Shown piece after piece: positions 23,601-38,600 of a stretch of 64,000 nt of DNA (position 1 is its first letter; each line of letters opens with the position of its first letter). A model generated the notes under the pieces. It was not told the DNA's origin, ran no database searches, and saw nothing but the letters and a program-made list of their open reading frames with translations. The stretch is from Ophelia neglecta (taxonomy: Eukaryota). The position numbers and the translations under genes are program-made. The stretch covers positions 71,796,001-71,860,000 of the forward strand of contig OZ260661.1 in the NCBI GenBank assembly GCA_965285935.1, written 5' to 3'.

Positions 23601-26600
23601 GCCATAGACACACAGAATGAGCACAGTTGACGCGTGCCTGATGTTGTTTCCGATACATTTGCTGTAGCAGCCTTGATATACAAAACATGTATAAACAAAG
23701 AGCGCTGTTATGTCAAAACAATCTGATAAGCGTCACATTAGGGAATCTGAGACAGTCTAGACTTTTTCAAAGCATTTGCTTCGAAAAGTGTACACATACA
23801 CGTACATCTACAATAAATATGCTACGCGTAACTAATTCATATTACTAAATAAATTCATTCCAAACATGTAGCAAATGTAAGATATTTTAGAAAATTTAAT
23901 TGGGAATGTATCTGTTTATTATCCAATCAAGTGCAGTCATCGCCAAAGGCTATACTTCTCATCTATGTCTACAGTCCGTGTGAGAATGCTCTAGACATGC
24001 TCAGCCCCCCCCCCCCCCCCCCTCTACAGGCGGGGAGTGCGGAGCTGTCAGGTGTACTCTGCTACCAAGGCTAATATGTCAGGCGCGGCTTAGAGTCTAT
24101 GATCTGTGAAAATTCAGACTGCGTGTGGGGATGGAGGAGAGGGGGCAACATCGCAAAGACTAACTTTATCTAAATGCCGCCTTTTCAACCCGATTTAGAA
24201 ATGGATTAGGTTTCTATATTTTGGGCAACTGCGTGTAAATGTGAGTTTTTTTTGCAAAGATGAAAGCAAATCATATCATCAAGTTTGAAAGTGACCAATA
24301 ACAAATATTAGATCATGGCTTAAGGTAAGGTATTCCTTTGAGTTCAGGTGTTAGGGGGCTCTTTCGACCTCGTTGGTCGGGCTTACAACAAGCAGCATGA
24401 AATTTAACGGTTACTTGTTTTTGCCTGATACCAGAGGGAGACACCCTTGAGTGACCCTCAAGTCATAACTGTGGATGACATGTAAACCATTTGTGAGCTT
24501 AAAATGCAGCTGGGGATTGGCAAATATAGATATTGTGTCCTCACCTTTTCTATATCAAGAAGGTGTGCCTTTTCTAATTATACTCATATTAATAATAAGG
24601 ACGGCTGCCAACCAGAGCTATATGGTTTCAGCTTACAAGAAGAAACTATCAGTTCTACTTTTAGAATTTGATTACCTGCCTATATTTTTTACCTAATAAG
24701 AATGAAGAAGCTTTCAGGACGGCGGGAAACAGTTATAAAAATAACATATTCCATCAAATCCTGGACGAACGTTTCTAAAGGCATGATGGAGGAGGCTTGC
24801 TCGCTTAGGTCCTCAAGGCAGCGGGTCTTGAGCCGGGTATCGGGCCGAGCTAGATGTCTGGACAGGGACTGCTCACTCCTGTCATCAGTCACACGCACTT
24901 CCTCCTCCGCGACAGCTAATTACCCGCACGGCAGTATATACCAGCTCAATGTCGACAACCGCCGTGCTCTATATTTTATAATATATGCCTAGTGCAAGAT
25001 AACGATAACGTGGTGGGAAATTATGTAAATCATTTGAACTCGGATATAAGCCTAACTAAATATGTAGATTCCGTAGCATCATTGCAAAACTTTGACCAAA
25101 AATAGCAGCGGAGGCCAATATCACATTGCACGGGAACATGGCACTCTGCTGGGTTTCACTGAAGCCAGCGAAGTAGGATATCAGATCCGAACTTTGCCAA
25201 AAAACCCAACCACTTCTGCCGACTAAATTGTGTGAAGAGGTTTAGAAGACATCCAATTACACACTAAACTTGTCCCAAGGTCGCGTCGAAAGCCTGTTTT
25301 GACACGTAATGGTCCGGCCCAGGGTCTTGCTTCCAGCTGTAAAGACACCAACTATACCATTTTATATCTGTCAAACAGCTCCTATCCGAGACCTTGCACA
25401 GTTCCTCTTACCTTCAGTTTTACCCGACCTCCGTCTAAGTATGTACACAGCCTGACGCATCATTGTCACATCCCAGCAGGGTGCTTTTTAACAAGTGATA
25501 GGTTTCTTCATAGCATAATATTTTTAAGCACTTTTCATTGATAACAAGTCATTGAAAATATGGACAAAAGTAACTTGTAGTAGTTTATGTGTACCATAAA
25601 AGACCCGAAAAAACACAGTGCTGTAAACATGCCGCTGTGTGTATATGATGTTACAAATAATAGTTTCAGATAAATAATAGACCCACGCTTGGGTGACTCC
25701 GCAGACAGTACATTTGAAACTGAGTCCAAGGCAAACAAGGTTTCTATTACAAAAAAATACGAAGAAGCTATAATTATGATGAATCAAGGGTTCGATATCA
25801 TCCTGTTAATTGGAAAGCTGCATTACGGAAAGCATTGGAGTTGAGTTGTCCCCCGGCCACCATACATCAGCCTCCCGCTGGCCAATTTGAAGTGATTGAT
25901 GGGACCAGAGGAGGCCGGAGAAGTTAGAAAAGAATGTAGGTGGTAAATCTTAATAGAGACGGTTATACAATGACAAGGAGAAAAAAAACCATACGTTATA
26001 AGTCTGAAAACTGCTGTGCAAATATTTATACAATATGGCATCTGTATAGGAACTCATCATTTAAATGAAACACCATCATTGTAAAACACGAGGCTTACGT
26101 TAGAGGGCTGATTTTATGCCGGATGGCTTATCAATCGATTTCTTTAAATTTTTGATTCAAAGACAACAAAATATTTATCTGCCCAAAACAAAATACTCGA
26201 AAAACAGTTGAGTAGAAACATATTAGAATAACATTTCACGCCAACTGACTTTAACATTAAGATATTGTGTTGAGCGTTCGTAGCTTTGATATACACACCA
26301 ATATGTTCACGCAGAGACAATGGGGTCGCTGAATAGTCTTAGAGTAAAACATCCACATCCATAGCTGTCTATAGCTAAAAAAGCATAATTGTATATACTA
26401 TATCTAGGCCTATTGGGCTCAACAGATTACTGTTTAATATAGGGCGTTCTATATATGTTAGCCTTGATAGTTTATTGTTTTACCTTCTACTGTATATTTC
26501 AAGTTCTTGTTGATCTTTTTTCATGGCGCGGACTGAGCCATCCACAACCTCTCTTACATCAAGCCAATAGTGATATTGTATAAAATTCCAGGTTGGTTTG

Positions 26601-29600
26601 GCAGTATCAATTCAAGAACGGGAAAACGTTAGATAGGCCTATTGAATTCTTTCCCGGGGTTAAGTCCATGCGGAAATCTACCTTTGTTCCGACGAGAGCT
26701 GGACTATAAATCAGCTTTGTTTTGCTGTTGGCGCGGATGAACTTCCAAGGAGGTTGATTGAGTACTTACCTCTTACTTCTAATGGATTTGGAAGTATCAA
26801 AATACCAAACAGTGAAGAACAAATGTCTAGCCAGACCTTAGGGGAACACCGTCTGGCGCGATGGATCATTGTCTATAGCCGAAATGACATGGAGGATCAT
26901 AGGTTTACGTATACTGAAGTCAAAAGGTCGAAAGTGGCGTTTTATCATCTTTCAGTCTTAATATTGGACATATCATGAATGTTCATATTTTGCCATTTTT
27001 CTTGTTTGTTTAAGCTAACTTCCTCAGTTATAATGCTACTTGGACGAATTAAAAGCTTCCCAACACATTTTTCCTCATTTTCAGATCGAAGAATTTCGAC
27101 TTGCTCGCAGGCCGACCATCACAAGATACTGCCTATTTAACACTGGTTATATCATGTGTTTAGAATTGGCAGAGATAAGTTCTCGGCTCGGTTTTGGCCT
27201 TACAATGAAAATATTACATATTTAACGGGAAACACGGCTGTTTTGGATATAACAGTATTCTCCCAAGAAGGCAAATAATAAGATATATACTGCGCAAGAA
27301 TAGGTGAATGACGGGTGTTGAAACAACCATCGGGCGATAATGTGGGGGTTAAACTGATATATATATATATATATATATGTACTGTGCAGCTTCTCACCAT
27401 CCAAATAAAATGTGCAAAGCCTGAACATGATCAGCTCCGTTCTGGTTTGGATAGTGAAAAACGTCGAACATTCCTGCTATTCTAAATGTATAACAGCACA
27501 GTATACACATCACCTCAAACAAGTGCAGTGGATCAGCAAAGTGGGCTAATCCGTGCTCGACAGATCACTGATAGGTCGTCAATCTCCCCATGCTATGGAA
27601 TCTGCGATAAATGTGAGACAAACTCAACATCCAAGCGTTCTTGTGGAATATCGAGGCCTGAAGGGGAAAGAATCGCATACCGCATACATGTAAATGCCAA
27701 AAGTTATTTTCCTATACATTGTTATATAGGAACTCTCTATTCATTACTATGCTACGGGGAATCTGAAAACTTCAATGGTAACAACATATACCTCTGCTGA
27801 GTTCTCCAGCCAGCTACTGTATCAATATCTACTGAATTGACTGTGGAAGGTTTTTAGGGAAAACATCCACAGTTTTTAATGTTGGCATAGCGACATGTAA
27901 GATGAGTAATAAAATTAGTTGATGTGCGCAAACTATAGGCATAAAGAAAAAAATCTTATCCGTAGAAGTGTGAACTACAAGATAGACAATCCCAGCGATA
28001 TAAAAGCGGAATAATTAGGCATATAATAACAGCTACATGACAACTGAAAATCTCAAGTATGAATCAACATTTGTTTTATTATTTATTTCGAAAATGTCAG
28101 ATACGTCAACGGAGGCAGTCCCTTCTGTTCCACCAACCTCATTTTCAAAATGAACTGAGCAGAATTACATTGCTGTAGGTCCTGGGGCTCTCCACAGGAA
28201 ACGCCTGAATCGTCGGTTCGGCCAGTGCGTCCGATGAAAGTTCTCTGGGCCTATCAGCCTAACCGCTTTAACTCATTCGTGTCCATTGAACCGTATTATC
28301 TTTCTCCAGCATAAATTACCAGATCAGTACGGCTCGTTGTCTGATCTTGGTACAAAAGCCATTCCAATACTCGAGGCCAATCGACTTTTTCTTTCCCCGA
28401 TTTCCTCACGCCATGCTTTGAGCGCAGACGACCATCGTTTGCACTTTGTCCAGCATCTCATGTCAGAGCGTTTCATCACACGCCCGCCGGAATCACGTGT
28501 CAGAAGACGCCAACAATCAAACATGAAATCAGGTACCAAGGCAGACGAAAACATTGGCCATGTAATCCCATTTCTACGCCTACTTCTTATTCCGGCAAAT
28601 AGGCCTATGTGGTTTGTGCTCCAATAGAAAAGACAGGGAAAACTTCTGACTTATTAACTGTAACCTAGCTTAGCATCACACGCTGATGTGAAGCAGTGGC
28701 AAAGCAACCGTTGCGTGTTAATTTCACACATCTGACGGTGAAAAAGGAACTATCGTCCAGTGGTCCTACACTGTTTGCCTGGTGATATCTTTGATAACGC
28801 AGATTCACATAAATGTGAATATATATATTTCTTCGATTATAAAATTGACACTTTTGATCCACAACGAATCATTTATCTTACTTTCAATCAGGGCCGAACA
28901 TTTCGTTTCCACTATGTGCGGTTGGAATTATTGTTGGTATGACTGAACAAAATTACCGTTTTTGGTTCAACCTGCGAAAGCACGCGCCCTTGAATCGATA
29001 TCCTAGACTTCGCGGAAAAAACTAGTCATCATAATGCACTGCGTATCTATTATAATAAATAGGGAAAAGCTCATCCCCGAGGTAACACTTTTACTTAATT
29101 TCTAAGATTTTTGTCAACGCTGATCCGTGGAAAATACCTTAAAACCAATCGTTAATGTTTAACATCTTATCTATCTGGGTCAAAACCAACGCTGGGCTAA
29201 ATTCCTTGCGTGCTCCCGATTGGTTGATTATTAGAACTATTATATTCACAACCCTTTGGCCAATCAGGGGCCCGCATGGAATTTAGCCCGGCGCTGCTTT
29301 TGACCCAGATAGATAGGATGTGTAACAAAAGAGGTTTGTGTAATAAACGGATTTTCTACGGAATAGCATTTAAAAAATATTGAATATTAAGTGAAAAGTA
29401 ATATCTTGGTGAAGGGATTACCCTGATATAGCCCTTGTTTTATTTTCGAATAAAAAAAAAACATTTTCTCTAATAAAAGAAGCACTCTTACATTCTTTAT
29501 ACAGTACACGGGGCAATACATATAGGCAATGCAGTTTGATTGCCATTTTGTTATCCCCTCATTCTAGGATAGATTCAAGTACGCGTGTGCGAAAGATATG

Positions 29601-32600
29601 CAGCTGAGCTAATCAAATCATAATTAATGTCACATGATCGATGCCTCCTTTTTCCCGTTCAACCGACCACCTACAATGATATATGCCAGTTCTCATAGAC
29701 TTCATGCATACACTATGCTTTATCTCTCAGATTTATATTAATTACATTACTGTAACCTATACACTTTACCGTCAACCATTAAACAGTATCCCTGCATTAA
29801 TATATCTAAAATCTTCAATGAATATCCAGGAACTAAAGCTCTTTTATTGTACCAGAATCACCCTCTTTTAATTCTCATCGACGGTTAAAAAAGTTATTAA
29901 AAGAAATGACGAAATGGCGGGAAATTCAGGTTCCCGGTTGAGCCTCATACTACCCCCTGCTGGATTGTACATGACCTCCTGTTGTTGGTAAATAACCTTG
30001 ACACCGTTAAGACATCAGTAGGTAATACGGTCCTATACAGTGAATCTACTGGTGACTTGTGTCTGTTTTTTTCAGGCTCATTGAATAAACTGAATTTGCA
30101 AATTATATCCGATGAATATTGACCACTAACATGAAGTCATTTTCATGTGCTAAGAATCATTTGGTGACCTTAAATTGGACCTTGAAGACGAAGATGCAAC
30201 GTAGATGTATCTAGTTTCTAATAAAAATATATTAAGCCGATATCATTCGTTGGCTAAGGTATATTGAAACAAACTTCATAAAAGTAAATGAAATCTTTAT
30301 CACAATGTCATGTTGCTATATATCAGATAATGTCTGGTCTTATGTATGTAGTATCTGAGTATTTCAACAATAAATCACAAAATCTGGGTCGACGAGAAAG
30401 CTTGGTCAGACCTCCAACTTGTTATCAATATCACCTGTTGTGATATCCAATGTCCAGAAAACGTGAATCACTCGGAACTCTATAGCGTCATTCGAAACCA
30501 AGTTCATGCCGGCGACGGGAAAATATATCAATTTCCCTGATTAGGGTTTATTCTTATCTTTACGGTTTGGTCATCAGACCTATATTATTTTCTTTATGAG
30601 AGAGGGCATTTCTTTCACATTAGTGGCTAAGATCACTCGCTTATATGTGCGCGATTTCTTTCTCATTATCGCTCTAACAGGTGCTAGGTCCTGAGGCGTG
30701 CAACCAGCCACTCTTGACAAGTTAACAGTCAGAGTATCAATCATAAGGCATTTCTTTTTTGTTCGTCGGAAAGGGTGAGAAATGGCTGAAAATATGAAGG
30801 CAAGAGAGGTCGCCATAGTAGCGATAACCTTTGCCAGCTTCTCGTGGGGTTTCAATTCACATTCGAGGGGTTACTATGTAACTTGTCTTCCAAACTCGGA
30901 GAAACTAGATATGACACAAAGAGGAACCAGTAGACTATCTGCCAGGTTATCTCTGATAAAGATTGAGTTATAAATAAACATCGTCATCATATGCCAAACC
31001 GACATGATTTTTACTACATGTTCAACTGTTACTGTCGGAAATATTTCGAAAGGGACACGGGTGACAACGTAACCTGTGATAAAAAGTCGAGAAGCTACGA
31101 TAAATATCTTAACGGCACTCTAATTATATGTACACTGTACGTAAAATGTCGAAGGAAAGAAAATCCATGGGGGGGGATTCTCACATTTGAGGGTAGGGCT
31201 GCACCCCGCTGAGGTCATTATGATAAAAAATCATTTTTAAAAACACCCAAATGATATAAATTTTTCAAGCTACCCAATTCATAGAAATTTTTAAAAAAAA
31301 TACCCATTTTGATACAAAAAATCCCCAGACAAACTACCCTTTGGCAATACCAGCATAATTTAACGTGAACCGCAGCCTTATATTTACCGGTAGCGAGTTT
31401 TTACAAACTCACAGTTTGGTTTATATCATCTATCAAGGGGAGTATAACACCCTATTAACAGCATAATTGAGAAAAAGGACCTACTGCATGGATAGTATAA
31501 GTATGAAAAAGATACCCTAATTGATAGGGGAAAAAGTCGTGAAAGAGCTTACTTTGCCGAGGAGCATATCTACCTTGGCCATATATGTGAGTATCCCCCC
31601 CCCCCCTCCCGGGAGTACAATATTGTGATTGAAATTCCAGCGTGTTATTGGTGCCTTGCACGTGATAGAAATCCAAACTGCTGAGCCAATTTACCAACCA
31701 AAGGTTCCTTCAATACGTATGTCAACAATTATTTTGGTTATTCTTAGTTCCTCTGAAAAGTAAATTGTGATAATGTTTGTTGTTATATCAGTACTTACAT
31801 TTCCATTTCGGAGTTGTTGAAAAATTGCATCAAAACTACAATGGAGCACAGCGGTGTCCCCCACGGCAACTGTCGTGGTTCCCCAAATAAAATCCACGGA
31901 ATTTGTCAGGGGATTAGTCTCAATGTCTACATGCGTCTGCTTTTCTCGTTCAACTGCAAAACGGTAAAAAGAAGAATAACCATTGAGAAAACATTTACGA
32001 ATTATTTAAGGGTAAATTGTTAATAATATCGACATTTTATCGCTCTAATTAATTTCTGTTAAAAAACAGCAAAAATTGGAAGTAAGACTGTAAAGGTTCA
32101 GGGCTTTCATCTCAGTGGAAAATTCATGTTTTGAAACATTGCAAAATAAAATTGAACCATTAATGTTGATAACATCAAAAATATGTTCAGCAAACTTGTC
32201 ACTACTAAGTGTCCGGAGAAAGCACATTTGATAAATTATTCCATTTTCCAGAGTATATGGTTCGGTGACCTTATCTGTCTGGGTTCACTTCGATCATTGT
32301 AGTCAACGGTAATTATTCAAGGTGTTTATTTTGATATCAGACCGTTTGATAAGAAGGTCAACAAAGCGCAGATTCAAAATAATGGGCCCCTATCTACTCA
32401 ACTGACAGTTTAAACCGCGCACTAATGTCCCATAGTTATTGGAGCATGATTATGCTTTTGTACATATTTGTGAGAGAGAAAGTAAAACCATCATATATTT
32501 TAGATATTTCCATCCCAGGAGTATAATACCAGGGGATTACACCGAGAGACACGTGACATACTCTTGTGCCAAGATGTCGCCCGAAGACACAATACAGCTC

Positions 32601-35600
32601 TCTTAAATCAAAATAATGGAAAGGCCTATATATAAAGAGGTCACGCTTAATCACCTACCTCCTCGCACCGCTCTTCAAGCATGCTTCTTCGTAGTCTACT
32701 GAACGACTTGCATACTATCACATGAAAAGCCTATCTAATCAGAGCTTGCGCCCCAACCACAGCTTACCCATTACCACGGATGGCCTCTTTCCACTCAGCT
32801 TGCTCCTACACACAGATTGCCCCTCACCACATTTTTCTCCTTGCCTATCTAATTTCCACAGTTTACTCCTTACCACAGCTTGCCCCTTACCACAGTCTAT
32901 TCCTCACCACAGCTTGCCTCCTTCCACAGCTTGCCCCTTACCACAATTTACTCATAACCACATTTTTCCCCTTACCACAGTTTACTCCTTACCACAGTTT
33001 ACTCCTTACCACAGTTTACTCCTTACCACAGCTTGCCTCTCACCACAGCTCGCCCCTTACCATAATTTACTCCTTACCACAGCTTGCGTCTTACCACAGC
33101 TCGCCCTTTCCACAGTTTACTCCCTATCACAGCTTGCCTCTCATCATAGCTTGGCCCTTACCGCAGTTTACTCCTTTCCACAGCTTGCCCCTTACCACAA
33201 TTGGCCCATTACTAAAGGTTACACATTACAGTTTTACCTCCAGTGAATCAAGGCAAATTAGAAAATTGGGGCATGCAGCCACGGCAAAACATCCCTTGGA
33301 TTAAGTTAAAAAGGAAAATAATACTAAGAGAAAATACTAATAATTAATAGTGTCATCTGATATTTTCTTTGTAACTACGATGAATAATTTGAATCGAAGA
33401 ATTACAATTCTTGTAGAATTGAGATTCATGTTTGGAAGGGAAATTATTGAATCTCAATAATTCCCATCATCCATGTCGGTCAGTTGCATCTAGAACCATG
33501 TAGTATGTACGTATCCGCAGGTACCTATATTATCTATGCTTATTTGAGACTGTGAAGGCATTTTGGAGTGTCGAATGTTTAAAGTTTTGTTTTATTTTTT
33601 TTTAATTTATTTTTTTTGCGTTCCGGCAAAAAGTATAGATGATAGTAACAGCATAAAGTAAAAACACGGCTTTAATTAATTTATCATACATTTTAAACGA
33701 ATCAGTGAACAGCATTATGGCAAGGCGAGGGAGATTCCACGGATTCGGTTTTGTATAATTAAGCTGATTCAAATGACAATTAAGAAAGAAGGCAGCATTA
33801 TCAAAAGTGACGTTTGGTTTTCATTGTGAAAGAATGACATACTTCACATATCGTTGTTCTAACGAGGGGGGGGGGGGGGTTAATAAAGTTTCGGATTCCC
33901 TTTTTCTGGCCTGACCCCCCGTACCATATACACCGCACCATTCGAGAGTTCATTAAAACACACCAAGTCCGCACTCAGTATTCATCTGTATTGCAGACGA
34001 CCTCACTTTACGGCTTAAAGCCGGTCCTTTCTTACATAAGCCTATTATTGCTTTATCTCTTGGCACGTGACCTAGGGACGGATAAGGTCATATGGTAGTC
34101 AATCGCATTTTTTGTCAATCTCCCAAATTTTGTAACTGATTAAAAGTGAAATAAGTCTAATCTGCTGGATGCGGACGGCATGCCATCATTGTGTAAGAGG
34201 ACAACCGAGTTTCGAAAATATGTCCTAAACGTGAAAAACATTTTATTGTTGGTTTTAACATACTTTGCATTGGGATTAACCAAGTAGCGCGAGGCTCGTC
34301 CACTGGCCTCTCCCTGGTTATTAATAGAGGGAAATGTTATCTGACCTTAAAAGGTATTGGACATTAGTATACAGTCGCCAAAACAAAACATATGGACACA
34401 AATTAAACATACAACAATGCTAAATAACAATTTAATAATTATCTCCCATTACAAAATGCACAATCTGAAATCTCAAGTTCTTGGTAATGACTTTATATTT
34501 GTCAAATTAAGAAGTCATGGGAATATTCCAGAAAAATATTAATAAAAATGAGAACAGTTTTAATTTGCCGGCATGTAGGAGTATTGTTCTTCTGTGTTGA
34601 AACAACAGTCGTGATGTTAGAAAAGAGATAGTGGCAGAACTACATGTACTTTAAAATTTGCTGTACGTATACTTTAATAGTATATCCTTCTTGCCAACTA
34701 GCTCCTAGACAAATTAATGTGCCAAGCCTCATGCGAAGAAAAATCCCACACCCATCCCAATAGAGTAAAAACAAAAATGTATCCGGTCTCGCCAAGCGAT
34801 AGAATTTAAATTAGGTGTGGCCTTTAATACCTTATAATAAAACTTAAAAGCAGCTTCGAGTCGTCAAGCAACATAATAAATCGCTCTGGTGATAGAAAAA
34901 AACCATATAATCAAACACGTATAATCCCGAGGGAAAATTAAGACCTACAAAAAGGCCTTTGCGAATTTTAGCACCTACTCGATGTTAACTTTTTAAGATG
35001 TGCATCTGGTCCATAAAAATGTGTAATATTATGGTTTGTCAGCAGTTAGATGCATATTGACAATACTGATCGCGCTCTACATACGCAGACGATACCTGTA
35101 AATGTAGATCTGTCCAAGTGACCTAGATGGATATACATGCTTATTTGATAGATATAATGTCCCTTGTAAATGTTAAATATGGGTCTCTTTGAATAAATCT
35201 TATAATATGGCAAGGTGCAAATGTTATTTAACGTTTATCAGCTGTAGAATCCAGCATCCCCTTTCACTATAACGGACCAAGATGTCACCAGGTGAAGTCC
35301 AAACTTTCACCACAGCTGAAACTTGATATGGGTTTTCAATGAGTTCTAATTGCAGTAGCATGTTCACGACAGGGAATTAGCTGGTCGGCTTGATAACCAT
35401 GATAGATAAGTACTTAGGCCGTTCTCAACTAACACGAAATCATGGGGATGTCGTTCCGTTTTCAATAAACACGAAGGAAGAAGGCCATTTGCGAGTGAGG
35501 TGGTAACAAAGGGTCTTGTGGAGCCGAGATATCAGCTTACCAAGCCTGTCATGGTCATCACTGGCGGACAGTCGAAAACATCTCATTTTCTGTTAATACT

Positions 35601-38600
35601 GAAGTGAATGTAGTCATTGTCAACTACGTTCAGATTCATCAAACAAAATTGATTTGGCTGTGAATCCACTCCGTGCTTGCGGAGTCGGTGATTTCACTCT
35701 TTCTCTATTTCACCATAATGGAAATGGCAGCTTTTGCCATGAGGGAAGTATTCGGTATACTTGAGATACTATTTTGCAAAGATTCTCATTCGGTGTTATG
35801 TCTGACAGACGAGAACTTTCCATTAAATATCTAATGTTCTGCTTGCACTTTAACTGATCCACGGCTTGTTTTGGGACAGTATTTGTGGACAAATTTGTAA
35901 GATATTACCTCCCCGGTCTGATCAGGTATGCAAACCAGACGTCTATTATGTGTAGTTGTACTAACAGGCTTTTCCGATTACGCGGGAGGTATTGTATTTC
36001 AAGCAGCACACAACTGAATTGCACAATCATGTCAAATGGAATTATTCATTCGGCTCTTTGATTGAGACTGACTGTCGCTCCCATTGTTCTATACTGATAT
36101 TTATGGAGTACATTATTTGAAACCTTTCTCAAGACATAAGAAAGGAAAGTTAAATTCAACCGTTTTCCCCTTACTACATGCTGATTTCATGGTGATATGT
36201 TTTCCACTGTGAATATTGAATATAACTAATAAATTGCAGTTTTGATATTGAAAATTAAGTTGAGTTTCATATGAAAAGGTTTACATGTTATTAAAAAGGT
36301 TTTTCTGATACAATGTAACGAACTATTTCAGTAAGGATGGGCTCTTACACCTTTTAGAAAGGTTAATACGGGACATTTACGTATTCAAGATCACACGCAA
36401 GAAATTTTAATCTAGAGGTGTAACATATTCTTTGACCTATATGGCGTGGAGCTTTGTCATGTCAGAACTCCCACGGGCATTATTGACATTTTGAGCTAAT
36501 CAACAAAAGCTATCTTAATTATTTAAAACCTTAAAAATGTCCCAAATACATGCACACTTGTAATATTGACATTCACCTACTAAAACCTATAAAAATTAAC
36601 CAATTAGACAAATATTTATTTTGTGGGCGTGCACTCAGGAGGTAAGCCTATTGGCCTGGCAGAAGAATGCACATAGCATGTTTGGTATAGAAACTACCGA
36701 ACCAGCTACAGCTGGGTGAGGCTGTTTTTTGTCTTTTGGGGAAAATTATTGAGTCTTATGCAGCCTTTTCTTTTCCACAAGTCTGAGCATAAATTTCGTT
36801 ACCTAAGAAAATGGTTTACAATATAATTAAAGAATAAATTTGTTTATCAAATTTTGTTTATTTTCATCATTAACCCTTCTGCCATGCAAAACCTCCCATG
36901 TGCACAGGTACGACTTGGAAACTCAGGCCGACAACTATTTTAAACCGCGTACATAGAGTTTTGTAACTAGTTGATCCCCTACTGGTTAAGTTAAACCTAT
37001 AGCCCTAAACTGTGTGGCTGATAATATGCTTTTGAAAAAAAATAACGTTAGAATTCTGTATGAAAAACTCAAAATCGGAAAAAATGCACATTTAATAGAG
37101 GCTTTGAAACGATAACAACGATTGACAGACACCTCATTGTGTTTTAAGGTTGAGAATAAAGGGAACAAAAGAAGCAAAAACAATCTCCACGCAAAGTGGC
37201 TCGCATTTCACTCATTAGTCTTTGATTTCCAGCAAATAAAGTGGGTGAGACAACTATGCTTACATCCTCAATTATCAGACGAAATATTCAATGAGATAAC
37301 ACGTATTGAACAATCGTCTTGAGGGACGTACCATTAGCAAAATGGCGGGGGGCGGGGTGGGGTCTGGGGCTAGAAGATTTAAGTATTGATAGTGTCAGAT
37401 CATAAACTACTGTCTACGTCTAATCTTTTAGTGAAACGTTATAATGCATTATGTATTCTAGTAATTGGACTGATATAAGCTAAAGGCCCTTAGAACAGCC
37501 CTTTTGTAAACCAAAGAATCAGATAATGTCTAAGATGACAAGAACGATATAAACGATGAAAGTTTGTCCCAACCTACAAGAAGCAAAGCCGGGCGCAATT
37601 CGTAATTTTTTCTGCTCTTTTTATATTTTTAATGGAGACAACTAGAACCGTGTTAATCATTATGTTCTTTATTTTTCTAAGATAAAAAGTATGTCTTGGA
37701 AAGTACATCTGAGTACCAAATACTGCTTTGATATGGAGCGCACCTTGCCACACCTGCTGCGAACAAAATTAGAAGATGATATAGGCAACTTGACAGACAT
37801 GATTTATATATTAATAACGGCCGCAGAGACTTTAGAGAATGATGTAGTTGGCCCGGATAAAATATAGCCTCACTTTCCATGTATTTCAACTAGATTTGCG
37901 CAATTCGGAATATATACGAGATGCACTGGGGCTTGTTAACGATAGCAAGACTACAGGTAACCCGAGCACATTGACTGTCAGCCTCTCGAGGGAGCGGGAT
38001 AACGCCTTCCACTGGCTCAGCCAGATTGCAGGTCGTAAATGTATGTGTGGGTACCTGCACAATATTTTTGGTTTCCAATTTAATTGCAGCTTTATGTCGG
38101 TAGGTGATCCATCATATCTTAATTAACCATGGATCTTTAAAATGGCCGCCGGAAATTGAAATAGATTGACTGCTGAAAGCGAGTCGATTGCATAGATAAA
38201 CTACTACACAGATATATATGTCGGTATGTGGCTCCTGCTTCTAAGACCGAAAACGTATTGCTAAGGGTTTGGGGACGGGGCGGGGCTGCTTTATTGACAC
38301 ATTCTTATAATAGTTTTATCATATTCTACAAACAAATATAAAAGTTCGGCTTTTTTGTTACATGATTCCATATTAATTTTATTCTTATTCAATGCCTGTT
38401 ACCTTGTTATTTTGTTGTTTCAGTATGATATGATTGTATGAACTACTCATGGTTTAATGGTATAAGTGAATTTGAGGGACGCGGACACAAAATAGCTTGC
38501 CATATTGAGTGTTTGTCATCGAAATTCGCTAAATACAAAAATGTTGCATTGAGACTGAGGAAAAACAAAGGGTTCTCGGGCGGGTAATCAAGCGGGGCGA

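Noticed and set aside
24676-24940. Possible alternative coding first exon of the Ig gene (GC-rich, TATA-like motif, donors at 24692 and 24675)
   Set aside because: The open frame ends in phase 2, incompatible with the phase-0 exon at 15874, and the frame matching the other donor contains a stop. A non-coding exon cannot be excluded.
27879-27892. ATGTTGGCATAGC, resembling the 3' part of miR-31
   Set aside because: The seed region is missing and there is no flanking hairpin.
32722-33304. Two overlapping 174-aa ORFs
   Set aside because: Products of a stop-poor 17-bp tandem repeat.
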